From Nitrospira sp. CG24E (GTDB taxonomy: Bacteria; Nitrospirota; Nitrospiria; Nitrospirales; Nitrospiraceae): 64,000 nucleotides of DNA. Both the position numbers and the translations under genes were made by a program. The notes beneath the pieces are model-generated. The model was not told where the DNA came from, ran no database searches, and worked only from the letters and a program-made list of their open reading frames with translations. The stretch lies in assembly GCA_002869895.2 (NCBI GenBank), contig NEWP02000009.1, positions 24,601 to 88,600 of the forward strand, in the 5' to 3' direction. Positions 8,879 to 17,450 of this stretch are shown in pieces. The first letter of the stretch is position 1. Every line of letters starts with the position of its first letter.

Positions 8879-9244
8879 ATGGAGAAAAAAGCCGATTACA
8901 CGGAGCTGGTTGTGTGGCAACGGGCGATCGCCCTCGTTCCGGAGGTCTACAAGCTGCTGAAGGCATTTCCAGCGGCGGAAACGTATGCGCTTGCGGATCA
9001 AGTTCGACGGGCCGCCGTGTCGATTCCGGCCAATATCGCCGAGGGACAAGCACGGCAGCATCGGAAGGAATTTCTGCAGCACCTGTCCATTGCAAAGGGC
9101 AGCTTAGCAGAGCTCCATACGCTGCTCATCGTGGCGCAGCAGGTGGGATACATCAATGGCGATCGTCTGCGGGAGATCGAAGCGGTGTTGCAGACTGTCG
9201 GCCGTCCGCTCGCGGGGCTGATCAATCGTCTTCGGCAAGGCTGA
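8879..9244 (+). CDS. four-helix-bundle protein (23S rRNA intervening-sequence protein family, TIGR02436-like)
   Basis: MEKKADYTELVVWQRAIALVPEVYKLLKAFPAAETYALADQVRRAAVSIPANIAEGQARQHRKEFLQHLSIAKGSLAELHTLL is the signature sequence of this family. Confidence 0.85.
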   Translation: MEKKADYTELVVWQRAIALVPEVYKLLKAFPAAETYALADQVRRAAVSIPANIAEGQARQHRKEFLQHLSIAKGSLAELHTLLIVAQQVGYINGDRLREIEAVLQTVGRPLAGLINRLRQG

Positions 9245-9250
9245 CCGTGA

Positions 9251-9277
9251 GCAACCAGCAACCGACAACCGGCAACG
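9251..9277. repeat. right inverted repeat flanking the four-helix-bundle gene
   Basis: GCAACCAGCAACCGACAACCGGCAACG is complementary to the left arm. Confidence 0.7.
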
Positions 9278-9282
9278 GGGCG

Positions 9283-9456
9283 AATGAGTTCGTCTCGGAC
9301 CCAGCGCGGCTTGGGCGGCGCGTGCGGCCGGCGAGTGGGACCGCCAGCTCTTGGATTCGGCCAGAAACGCTGAGCACATGGGTGCATCCACCGGAACATC
9401 CATTGGCACAGGAGCCGGCAGTAGCGTACGACCCAATACACGAGACTCCGCAGCAT
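9283..9456 (-). pseudogene. N-terminal remnant of the same (or another) transposase/integrase
   Basis: MLRSLVYWVVRYCRLLCQWMF...RRPHAPPKPRWVRDELI resembles transposase N-termini. The reading frame then runs straight into the inverted repeat. Confidence 0.35.
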
Positions 9457-9486
9457 GCTCCTCGCTTGTTACCACTGTGGATCGAG

Positions 9487-9895
9487 CTACGGATGGCAGG
9501 ATGGCGGAAGTCGATGAAGGATGGCTGCGTGGAGTGCGTCGGCGACAGCGACATATTCGCATGTTTCCGCCATGGAAGGTACCTGCGTGTCTCCTGGGTA
9601 ACGGAATTCCCATGCGAAGACCGGTCAGCGTCGTGGCTGGGCGTACGGTCTCGCTCAAGGTGGTATCCAGCTCAAGGCAGGCGCGTCCCAACTCGTCCAG
9701 GTCATGAGTTTTCTTGAACGGCTTGTCGTGCGCGGTGAGGAAGGCTTTCAAAGATTTTTCCGCTGCTTGCTGACAATGAAACAGCGGGTCTTCAATGAGT
9801 GGGGGATCTGCGTCGAGATCAATGTGGGCGCCACGCAAGTCGTTGGCTGCTTTGCTCAGCCAGCCCCTGACTACCGCAGCCTTGTCAGGCTGCAT
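9487..9895 (-). pseudogene. HEPN-domain toxin partner of MNT, interrupted by a 1-nt frameshift near 9620-9630
   Basis: Frame 0 gives MQPDKAAVVRGWLSKAANDL...AAEKSLKAFLTAHDKPFKKTHDLDEL...ATTLT. The conserved end VFAWEFRYPGDTQ...* lies in the adjacent frame (WEFRYPG = 9592-9612). The combined length of about 136 aa is normal for the family. Confidence 0.65.
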
Positions 9896-10217
9896 AGAGC
9901 AGCACGCCTTCTCGCTCCACCGTGGCCGACAACGAGCACACGATGGTCCGCTGGCGCTCAAATTCGTCATGAGTCAGCACGAGCACATCCTTGGCGACAC
10001 CGACTCCCAGTAAGGCTTCAAAGGCGGCCTGGTCACGGCGATACCGAGGTAGTGTCGATGCGGGGACGACGACGAGCAGATCGTAGTCACTGTCTGGCCC
10101 CGCTTCCCCTCGGGCCTGTGAGCCAAACAGGTAGATGCGCTCAGGGGACAACGCCGCGACGAGACGCTGCACGATTTTCTCAATCACCGAATCGCTGGCT
10201 TGGATGGCCATGGTCAA
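9885..10217 (-). CDS. minimal nucleotidyltransferase (MNT) antitoxin-type protein
   Basis: LFGSQARGEAGPDSDYDLLVVV NTase motif; 110 aa; 11-nt overlap with the HEPN start. Confidence 0.85.
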   Translation of the reverse strand: MTMAIQASDSVIEKIVQRLVAALSPERIYLFGSQARGEAGPDSDYDLLVVVPASTLPRYRRDQAAFEALLGVGVAKDVLVLTHDEFERQRTIVCSLSATVEREGVLLYAA

Positions 10218-10250
10218 CGTGGCTCCAACGTGGGCTGATTATACCGGGGT

Positions 10251-10487
10251 ATGTGCTCGATGTCTAAGGTTCTACGACAGCTGACACACAAGGGTTGGCT
10301 CTTGGCCGTCTTCTGTTGTGTTCTTCAATTGATCACACTGCCGGGCTTGCCTGCGGCACTCCATGCCGATCAGGCGCGATACATCTACGACGATCTCGAA
10401 CGTGGTGACGGCTTTCACGTCGAACAGCGGCAATGCAGGGGCGCTGGTTACGATAGTTCTAATGCATTTACTTCCTTGAGTAAGTAG
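10251..10487 (+). pseudogene. possible N-terminal stub of an Rhs/YD-repeat protein (signal peptide plus first YD-like repeat)
   Basis: MSKVLRQLTHKGWLLAVFCCVLQLITLPGLPAALHADQARYIYDDLER..., after which the frame degenerates. Speculative. Confidence 0.25.
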
Positions 10488-10581
10488 CGTAAAGGGGAGG
10501 GAGGGACTCGATGGCGACGGATGGATGATTGATCATTGAGTTGACATAATAGTTCTTATCAGACGTGGCAGGTTTTGAATT

Positions 10582-11253
10582 ATGTCCCTTGAATTACTCG
10601 GTCGCATACAACAGGAACTGTCCGTTACTGGAAGCGCCATCTATGAAACCGTTCTCGCTCTGGCCGAACGGGCTAATCGCAAAGTGCAAGTCCTCAGATT
10701 ACACAATCAGGCATCAACTGTCTTGACCCAAATGGAACAGGTCCATGGAGAGCTCGGGCGCGAGATTGCCACCCTCTGCGCCAGACGACCGCCCTTTAGC
10801 CATGAGTCAACCATGCCATCCGATCAATTGGAACAGTCCCTCGTTCAGGCCAGCCTCCGGGTTCAGCAGCTTAAACAGACCTTGCTGAGCGTCGACAGCC
10901 TTATCCGTGAGCTCAAGCTGGAGACAATCCACCAGGAACTTATAACCCTGCAACAGGACTTGAGTCTTCGCGCCGCTGCCATCGAGCGGTTTCCGATCTC
11001 CAAAGGATCGCCGGTTATTGGAAAATCACTCGCCGCGCTGGTATTGCCCACATCGGTTCGCCTCGTCACCATCCTTCGGGGGCCAATTCTTGTGCCGCCC
11101 GATAGTAACCTAACAGTGCGCGTTAACGACGTCCTGGTGTTTATCGGTCTGCAAGCAGATCTCGCACAGGTGATCACGGAATTTACCCCAGCACCGGATA
11201 CGAGACCCCGCTCAATCGAATCTGTGATCGCATCGAGTGCTCGAAGACCCTAA
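10582..11253 (+). CDS. coiled-coil protein with C-terminal TrkA-C (RCK_C) domain
   Basis: C-terminal ...GSPVIGKSLAALVLPTSVRLVTILRGPILVPPDSNLTVRVNDVLVFIG pattern. Confidence 0.55.
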   Translation: MSLELLGRIQQELSVTGSAIYETVLALAERANRKVQVLRLHNQASTVLTQMEQVHGELGREIATLCARRPPFSHESTMPSDQLEQSLVQASLRVQQLKQTLLSVDSLIRELKLETIHQELITLQQDLSLRAAAIERFPISKGSPVIGKSLAALVLPTSVRLVTILRGPILVPPDSNLTVRVNDVLVFIGLQADLAQVITEFTPAPDTRPRSIESVIASSARRP

Positions 11254-12685
11254 GAGCAGTAAGGCTGCTAGACGTCGGATGATGCCCATGCCACAAATTC
11301 TCATCTGCCTCATATGTTTAGCCTGGCTCAATATTCACTTAGCTGCCACTGCTGCTGAGCCAGCCATGCCAGAGTCCAATAGTTCAACTGGCATCCGCCT
11401 GATGGAAGAGATGCAAACGGTCATCATCAATTTGGCCGAATCGACCAAGCCCTCGGTGGTGAATCTTATTCCCCTTTCAGAAGCAGGGAAAGGTCGGGAA
11501 TTGTCTCGTGAGCGGACTCCCAACGCTTCAGGATCGGGATCCGGTGTCGTCATCGATCCTGATGGATATATCATCACCAACAACCATGTCATCGGTGACG
11601 CGACGGCAATCGAAGTGCGTTTTTCCGATACGTCTAAGCTGATTGCGCAGGTTATCGGCAAGGATCAGGATACGGACTTAGCCGTCCTCAAGGTGAGCGC
11701 CGACCATCCTCTCCCCAGTGCCAAATTCGGAGACTCGTCGTCCGTACGGGTCGGCCAATGGGTCCTTGCCGTGGGGAATCCCTTCGGACTCGATCGAACG
11801 GTGACCCTCGGCGTCGTCAGCGGAACCGGCCGAGAGAACATCAACCTTTCTCGCTACGAAAACTTCATCCAAACGGACGCATCGATCAATCCCGGCAACT
11901 CGGGAGGCCCGCTTTTCAATCTGCGCGGCGAAATAATCGGCATCAATACCGCCATCATCAACTTCGCCCAAGGGATCGGTTTCGCTATTCCCTCCAACAT
12001 GGTCAAGCAAGTGATGGAGCAACTGCTGACTCAGGGACGGGTGACAAGAGGATGGCTGGGCGTCAGCATTCAACCGCTGACGATCGAGTTGGCCCGTAAG
12101 TTCGGCGTCAACGAAGGCGAAGGGGTACTGGTGAACGAAGTCTTCGAAAAGGATCCGGCTGCGGCAGCCGGCATCAAACCAGGCGATATCCTCACCCGGA
12201 TCGACGGTTCCGTGATCGACACGCCGAATCGCCTCTCGCGCGTCGTGGCAGGATTGCGCCCAGGTATGACGACGAAAGTCGAGATTGTTCGTGATCGGCA
12301 ACGCCTGATCCTTGACGTGGCGTTGATTGAACGTCGAGACCAAGCAGTGGCCACGTCGCTTCCCCAGGCACAAATGGAAACTCCTCGACCACGTACTGAA
12401 ATCAACCTCGGCCTGGATGTGCAAGATCTGACGCCAAGCCTCGCCAATATTTTCAAACTGCAGGAAACTCGGGGTGTACTGATCACCAAAGTGGAACCAG
12501 GCGGCCTCGCCCAATCGGAAGGCCTCCATGAAGGCGATCTGATCAAGGAAGTCAACCGCGTTGCAGTAGGATCGGTTGGAGAATTCAATGTCGCTCTCTC
12601 CGGGGTCCGGCGTGGCGATACCATTCTGCTCCGCGTCCAGAGAGAAGGCCGCGCCTTTTACGTCGTGCTCAAATCGATCGACTAG
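11237..12685 (+). CDS. htrA: periplasmic serine endoprotease, HtrA/DegP/DegQ family, two PDZ domains
   Basis: His (TNNHV), DLAVLKV and GNSGGPLFN catalytic motifs. The start may be the internal Met at about 11279. Confidence 0.9.
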   Translation: MLEDPKSSKAARRRMMPMPQILICLICLAWLNIHLAATAAEPAMPESNSSTGIRLMEEMQTVIINLAESTKPSVVNLIPLSEAGKGRELSRERTPNASGSGSGVVIDPDGYIITNNHVIGDATAIEVRFSDTSKLIAQVIGKDQDTDLAVLKVSADHPLPSAKFGDSSSVRVGQWVLAVGNPFGLDRTVTLGVVSGTGRENINLSRYENFIQTDASINPGNSGGPLFNLRGEIIGINTAIINFAQGIGFAIPSNMVKQVMEQLLTQGRVTRGWLGVSIQPLTIELARKFGVNEGEGVLVNEVFEKDPAAAAGIKPGDILTRIDGSVIDTPNRLSRVVAGLRPGMTTKVEIVRDRQRLILDVALIERRDQAVATSLPQAQMETPRPRTEINLGLDVQDLTPSLANIFKLQETRGVLITKVEPGGLAQSEGLHEGDLIKEVNRVAVGSVGEFNVALSGVRRGDTILLRVQREGRAFYVVLKSID

Positions 12686-12686
12686 C

Positions 12687-12791
12687 CCGGTCTATCTGGT
12701 TTCTTTGGTTCATCTGGCTTGTTTGGTTTATCTGGTTGGCTGGTTAGTTTCGTTCAACCAAATAAACAAACAAACCAAATAGACCAACCAA
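12687..12791. repeat. phased-unit long hairpin repeat (core TTCAACCAAATAAAC)
   Basis: GGTCTATCTGGTTTCTTTGGTTCATCTGG...GTTCAACCAAATAAACAAACAAACCAAATAGACCAACC, between the convergent htrA and EF-G-like genes. Confidence 0.85.
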
Positions 12792-14891
12792 CTAATGCGT
12801 CGCCGCGTGGGCCGGCGCCTTATGTGTTTCAATGATGCGCACCGCAAGCTCGTGCGGCACCTCGTCGTAGCGCGAATGTTCCATTGTATAACTGCCCCGT
12901 CCAGCCGTTAAGGAATTCAGCGCGGTGGCATAGGTAAGCATCTCCGCCATTGGCACAAGAGCCGTGATCTGCTCAGTCTGGCCTTTGGCTTCCACATGGA
13001 GAATGCGCCCTCGGCGCGCATTCAAGTCCCCGATCACCCCTCCGATGTGATCCGCCGGCGCCTCGACTTCTACCGACATGATCGGCTCTAAGAGGATGGC
13101 GTGGGCCGACTCCAATGCCTTCTTAAACCCCATAGACGCGGCGATCTTGAAGGCCATCTCCGATGAATCTACTGCGTGGTATGATCCATCGTAGACCGCA
13201 ACCCGGCAATCGACGATCGGATGCCCGGCCAGACTCCCATGCTGCATGGCGTCGAGCACCCCCTTCTCCACCGCCGGAATGAAGTTGCGTGGAATGGCTC
13301 CGCCGACCACTCTATTCTCAAACTTGAATCCCTCCCCTCGCGACAAGGGCGCAAGCTCCAGCCAGCAATCACCGAACTGACCATGTCCACCGGTTTGCTT
13401 CTTGTATTTTCCCTGTGCCTGTGCTGTAGCACGAACGGTTTCTCGGTACGGAATCTTCGGCGTATGAAGCACGACTTCCGCGCTGTACTTGCGCCGTAAT
13501 TTTTCGAGCGCGAGATCGATGTGCAGTTGGCCCATCCCGCTCAACACCATTTCCTTCGTATCGGCATGTCGAGAAAATTCGAGGGTAGGATCTTCTTCGA
13601 TCAATTTATGCAGCCCAAGACTGACTTTCTCGATATCGGCGCTGGACTTCGGCTCGATCGCAAAGGACAACACAGGCCGTGGAAGCGCCGTCTTCGGATA
13701 GCAGATAGGATCATGTTCGTCGCAGAGCGTGTCGCCGGTTTGCGTTTCTTTGAGTTTGCCAATAGCGACGATATCCCCCGCTCCGACTGAAGGCACAACG
13801 GTATGTTTTTTCCCCAACACTGTATAGAGATGTCCACTCTTCTCCTTGCTGCTCCGGGAACTATTGAAGACTGTCGAGTCTGCGTGAAGCATCCCAGATA
13901 AGACCCGCAGATACGACAAGCGGCCGACAAACGGGTCGATCAGTGTCTTGAAGACGATCCCTGAAAATGGGTCCTCTTGGACGGCACGGCGGCTCACAGC
14001 CTCTCCTCTGCCAGGATGCAGGCCTTTCAGCGGAGCTCTCGTAGCCCGATCCGTCGGTGAGGGCAAGAACTCGACGATGCCATTGAGGAGTGGAACGATT
14101 CCGATATTCTTGATTGCGGAACCGCCGTAGAGTGGGACAACGGTGCCGGCCTGGACCCCAAGGCGAAGCCCGTTGATGACCTCTTCCCGCGTCAACTCCC
14201 CCGAAGCAAGATACTGTTCCAATAATCGATCGTCGCACTCGGCCGCTCCCTCCTGAATACGCTTCCGTGCCTCTTCTACCGAGGTTTTCACATCCGTAGG
14301 TATTGGCAACTGTTGAACGACGGGAGTCTCCTTGCGCGAAGTAACGAGACTCTCTTGAATGAGATCCAGCACCCCTTCGAGTTGGGCACCGCTGCCAAAA
14401 GGCAACGACATCGGCAAGGGCATCATTCCAAGGTCAAGGTGACAGGTCGCTGCTATCCCATCGAAGGAACTGCCGTCTTTATCCATTTCGTTGATGAAGA
14501 GGAGGCATGGCAAGCCGAGCGCGGTGACTCGCGCCCAGACCCTGATGAGTTCGCTTCGTATCCCCGATGAGGCGCCGACGACCAGGACCACCCCATCTAC
14601 CGCGCTCAATGTCATAAACGCCTCTCCGCGCAGGTCCAAAGCCCCGGGTGGATCGACAAGATTGATGGTGCGGTGATTCCAGGAACAACGGAGGAGACTG
14701 GTACTGACGGAACTACGCCGGTGCAGTTCTTCCGGCTCAAAGTCCGAAACGGTCGTGCCTTGCGCGATCGAACCGAGGTGAGGAACAGTGCCGGTGGCAA
14801 AGAGCAGAGCCTCTGCCAACGAAGTTTTTCCGGCGCCGGCGCTGGAGATTATGGCGACATTTCTGAGCGACTCCCTCTGTAGTTCGGTCAT
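12792..14891 (-). CDS. elongation factor G-like GTPase (EF-G paralogue)
   Basis: G1 AGAGKTS, DPPG, NEMD motifs and EF-G domains II-V. Start assigned to MTELQRE (AAGGAGGG SD upstream); the 32 extra N-terminal codons in the ORF track come from the hairpin repeat. Confidence 0.85.
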   Translation of the reverse strand: MTELQRESLRNVAIISSAGAGKTSLAEALLFATGTVPHLGSIAQGTTVSDFEPEELHRRSSVSTSLLRCSWNHRTINLVDPPGALDLRGEAFMTLSAVDGVVLVVGASSGIRSELIRVWARVTALGLPCLLFINEMDKDGSSFDGIAATCHLDLGMMPLPMSLPFGSGAQLEGVLDLIQESLVTSRKETPVVQQLPIPTDVKTSVEEARKRIQEGAAECDDRLLEQYLASGELTREEVINGLRLGVQAGTVVPLYGGSAIKNIGIVPLLNGIVEFLPSPTDRATRAPLKGLHPGRGEAVSRRAVQEDPFSGIVFKTLIDPFVGRLSYLRVLSGMLHADSTVFNSSRSSKEKSGHLYTVLGKKHTVVPSVGAGDIVAIGKLKETQTGDTLCDEHDPICYPKTALPRPVLSFAIEPKSSADIEKVSLGLHKLIEEDPTLEFSRHADTKEMVLSGMGQLHIDLALEKLRRKYSAEVVLHTPKIPYRETVRATAQAQGKYKKQTGGHGQFGDCWLELAPLSRGEGFKFENRVVGGAIPRNFIPAVEKGVLDAMQHGSLAGHPIVDCRVAVYDGSYHAVDSSEMAFKIAASMGFKKALESAHAILLEPIMSVEVEAPADHIGGVIGDLNARRGRILHVEAKGQTEQITALVPMAEMLTYATALNSLTAGRGSYTMEHSRYDEVPHELAVRIIETHKAPAHAATH

Positions 14892-14918
14892 GGGGCCCTC
14901 CTTTAACTGGATGCTGAT

Positions 14919-15015
14919 ATTTGGTTTGTTTGGTTTGTCTCGTTTGTTTGGTTGAAAGCAACTAACCAGATGAACCAAATCAACCAAATAAACAAAACAA
15001 ACCAGATGAACCAGG
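14919..15015. repeat. phased-unit long hairpin repeat
   Basis: TTTGGTTTGTTTGGTTTGTCTCGTTTGTTTGGTTGAAAGC...AACCAAATAAACAAAACAAACCAGATGAACCAGG, between the radC stop and the EF-G-like start. Confidence 0.85.
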
Positions 15016-15046
15016 CCTGTTTACATTTCTGTTACTCTCCCTTCAC

Positions 15047-15763
15047 TCACGTCAGTTCACCAGGGTTTGTCAGCCAGCCCTGATCGGCAAAGCTGATATA
15101 GCGGCCATCGCCGACCACGAGATGGTCAAGGACTCGAATGCCCAATACTTCCCCTGCCGATACCAATCGCGCCGTCAGAACACGGTCTTCCTGGCTTGGA
15201 GTAGGATCGCCGCTCGGATGGTTATGCAAGAAGATGACTGCCGCAGCCGATTCCCGCACGGCGAGTGTGAAGACTTCGCGGGGATGGACAATGCTCAGTG
15301 TCAGGCTGCCTTCCGATACCGTCGCGTCGCGCATGATGGCATGTTTGGCATCCAGCAACACCACTTTGAAAATTTCATGACGCAGGTCGCGCAATGTCGG
15401 ATGGTAATGGAAAAAAAGATCCCGACTGGAGGTAATTTTCGTCCCCTTTGTCAGCGGGCTTGCAAGGGCGCGCTTCCCCAATTCAAGTGCCGCCTTCAGT
15501 TGAGCCGCTTTAGCCTCCCCCACACCTGGGACCGCACAAAGTTCTTCGATGCCGCATTGCGCAAGTCCTCCCACACCTCCGAAACGATCCAGGATATCCA
15601 TAGCAACCTGCACCGCTGAAGACCCCTGCCGGCCTACTCGAAGAAGAATCGCCAGTAGTTGGGCATTAGAGAGCGTTGGTGGGCCATGAGTCAATAGTCG
15701 TTCGCGCGGTCGTTCCGTTTCAGGCCATTGCGTAATGCCTTGCCCCCCTTTCTTGCCGGCCAT
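15047..15763 (-). CDS. radC: RadC-family JAB/MPN domain protein
   Basis: ERLL..G...LS..ELLAILL N-terminus, HhH segment, HNHPSGDPTPSQED JAMM motif. Confidence 0.9.
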   Translation of the reverse strand: MAGKKGGQGITQWPETERPRERLLTHGPPTLSNAQLLAILLRVGRQGSSAVQVAMDILDRFGGVGGLAQCGIEELCAVPGVGEAKAAQLKAALELGKRALASPLTKGTKITSSRDLFFHYHPTLRDLRHEIFKVVLLDAKHAIMRDATVSEGSLTLSIVHPREVFTLAVRESAAAVIFLHNHPSGDPTPSQEDRVLTARLVSAGEVLGIRVLDHLVVGDGRYISFADQGWLTNPGELT

Positions 15764-15943
15764 TCATCCCCCCAGAACAAAAATTTGACAGTCTGAACGT
15801 TTTCGTACTAGCGCAACCCTTCCTGGCGCCCCCCTGCTGACAAATACGTACCCCTAAACTGTTGAAATTACGTACAGACAAAAAATGGTTCGGTACTTGC
15901 TTTGGAGTGCCAACAGCAACTCACCGCAACCCTGGAGGATTCA

Positions 15944-16117
15944 ATGGAATGTCCGAAGTGCAAAGGGCTCATGATGCTCGAGCGGTTCTCCGATTTCTTC
16001 TTGATATTCTATGCCTGGAAATGCATTAACTGCGGAGCGATCATCGATCGCACCATCTCAAATAATCGGCGAAAGAGTTTGGCCACCCGTAAACCTCAAA
16101 CAGTGGCAACCCCATAA
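15944..16117 (+). CDS. small zinc-ribbon protein (57 aa)
   Basis: GGAGG SD 6 nt upstream of the ATG; CPKC...CINC pair. Confidence 0.45.
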   Translation: MECPKCKGLMMLERFSDFFLIFYAWKCINCGAIIDRTISNNRRKSLATRKPQTVATP

Positions 16118-16392
16118 CATACGAGACATTCGTCTATAAACAGAGCGGAGAAAACCTACTTCATCTCAACATATGGCGGCATTCCAATCCTTCGCCGTCA
16201 GATCGCCAGCTGCCATTATAGGCATCGATTCAAAAGTCGTCAAAACGCTTCCATTTACTCTCCTGCATCCTCCTGATTGCACGTCGATATAAGCCAAGAT
16301 CTACAGAGGTCTCTTCCGACGCTGTTATCTTGACCCCTTCAAAAACGCTATGTTAGAGTCATCAGCGTCAGAAACATGTCTCACCATCACCT

Positions 16393-16965
16393 ATGCGTGT
16401 TATTGCCGGATCTCACCGAGGTCGACGCTTAAGTGGGCCAAAAGGGACTAGTCTACGTCCCACATCGGATAAGGTTCGCCAGGCTATTTTTTCAATTCTT
16501 GGAACCCAGGTATCAGGAGGCCGCTTTCTAGACTTGTATGCAGGCACAGGCGCCGTCGGAATCGAAGCGCTGAGCCGCGGAGCATCGTCCGTCACCTTTG
16601 TCGAGTCAGATCCTAAGGCCGTGAAGCTATTACAGAAAAATCTACACTCCTGTCAGCTGCTCGATCGAGCTCAGGTTCATGTAGGACAGACCGCCTCGTT
16701 TCTTGACCAGAAAGACTGTTGGGATAGTCCCTATGATGTCCTGTTTGCCGATCCACCCTATGCAGCCCTGGATGAGTTGGAAATCATGATTCATTCCTGG
16801 AGGCCCGGGCTATTATCGGACCGCGCCACCATAATCATCGAACAAGATTCACGGACCGAATTGCCTGCATCGCTCGACCATGCCACGCTCGTGCGGCGAT
16901 ACGTCTATGGCGATACGGCGCTCTACCTATATGGTTTGTCGACCTCACACAAGACCGCCATATGA
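16393..16965 (+). CDS. rsmD: 16S rRNA (guanine966-N2)-methyltransferase
   Basis: MRVIAGSHRGRRL, LDLYAGTGAVGIEALSRGA, LFADPPY motifs. Confidence 0.9.
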   Translation: MRVIAGSHRGRRLSGPKGTSLRPTSDKVRQAIFSILGTQVSGGRFLDLYAGTGAVGIEALSRGASSVTFVESDPKAVKLLQKNLHSCQLLDRAQVHVGQTASFLDQKDCWDSPYDVLFADPPYAALDELEIMIHSWRPGLLSDRATIIIEQDSRTELPASLDHATLVRRYVYGDTALYLYGLSTSHKTAI

Positions 16966-17450
16966 AAATCGGCATCTATCCAGGAACTTTCGATCCCATT
17001 ACCCACGGACACACCGACATCATCACTCGAAGCTTGCGAGTATTCGATAAGGTGGTCGTCGCCGTCGCACCCAATCCTTCCAAACATCCACTCTTTACCC
17101 TGACCGAGCGACTGGAGATGATCCGCATCGTGATGGAAAAGATGAAACAGGTCGAAGTAACCCATTTCGATGGGTTACTCGTAGACTATGTTCAGCGATA
17201 CGGCGGTCATGCGATCATCCGGGGTTTGCGGGCGATTTCGGACTTCGAACACGAATTTCAGATGGCCCTCATGAATCGTAAAATTGCCAAACAGGTTGAG
17301 ACTGTATTCCTGATGCCCAGCGAAGAATACTCCTATTTATCGTCAACCATCATTAAAGACGTGGCCAACCACGGCGGAACGCTTACGGAGTTCCTACACC
17401 CAGAGGTTGCACACCAGCTGCAGGAACGGATCAGGAGTTTAAAAACATGA
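16962..17450 (+). CDS. coaD: phosphopantetheine adenylyltransferase
   Basis: YPGTFDPITHGH and ISSTIIKD motifs; overlaps the rsmD stop. Confidence 0.93.
   Translation: MKIGIYPGTFDPITHGHTDIITRSLRVFDKVVVAVAPNPSKHPLFTLTERLEMIRIVMEKMKQVEVTHFDGLLVDYVQRYGGHAIIRGLRAISDFEHEFQMALMNRKIAKQVETVFLMPSEEYSYLSSTIIKDVANHGGTLTEFLHPEVAHQLQERIRSLKT

Noticed and set aside
8509-9717. 402-aa ORF on the plus strand spanning the integrase remnants, the four-helix-bundle gene region (in another frame) and the HEPN region
   Set aside because: It crosses several independently supported features and an inverted repeat, and its composition is low-complexity Arg/Gly/Ser. It is not coding.
11678-12529. 283-aa ORF on the minus strand
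   Set aside because: It is antisense to htrA.
12576-12782. Short ORFs that read through the hairpin repeats (also 18563-18820, 40429-40713, 46100-46447, 52198-52473, and the first 32 codons of 12792-14987)
   Set aside because: Their LVYLV... or QPNKRDKPNKPN... peptides are translations of the phased repeat units. The same peptides recur wherever the repeat occurs, on either strand.
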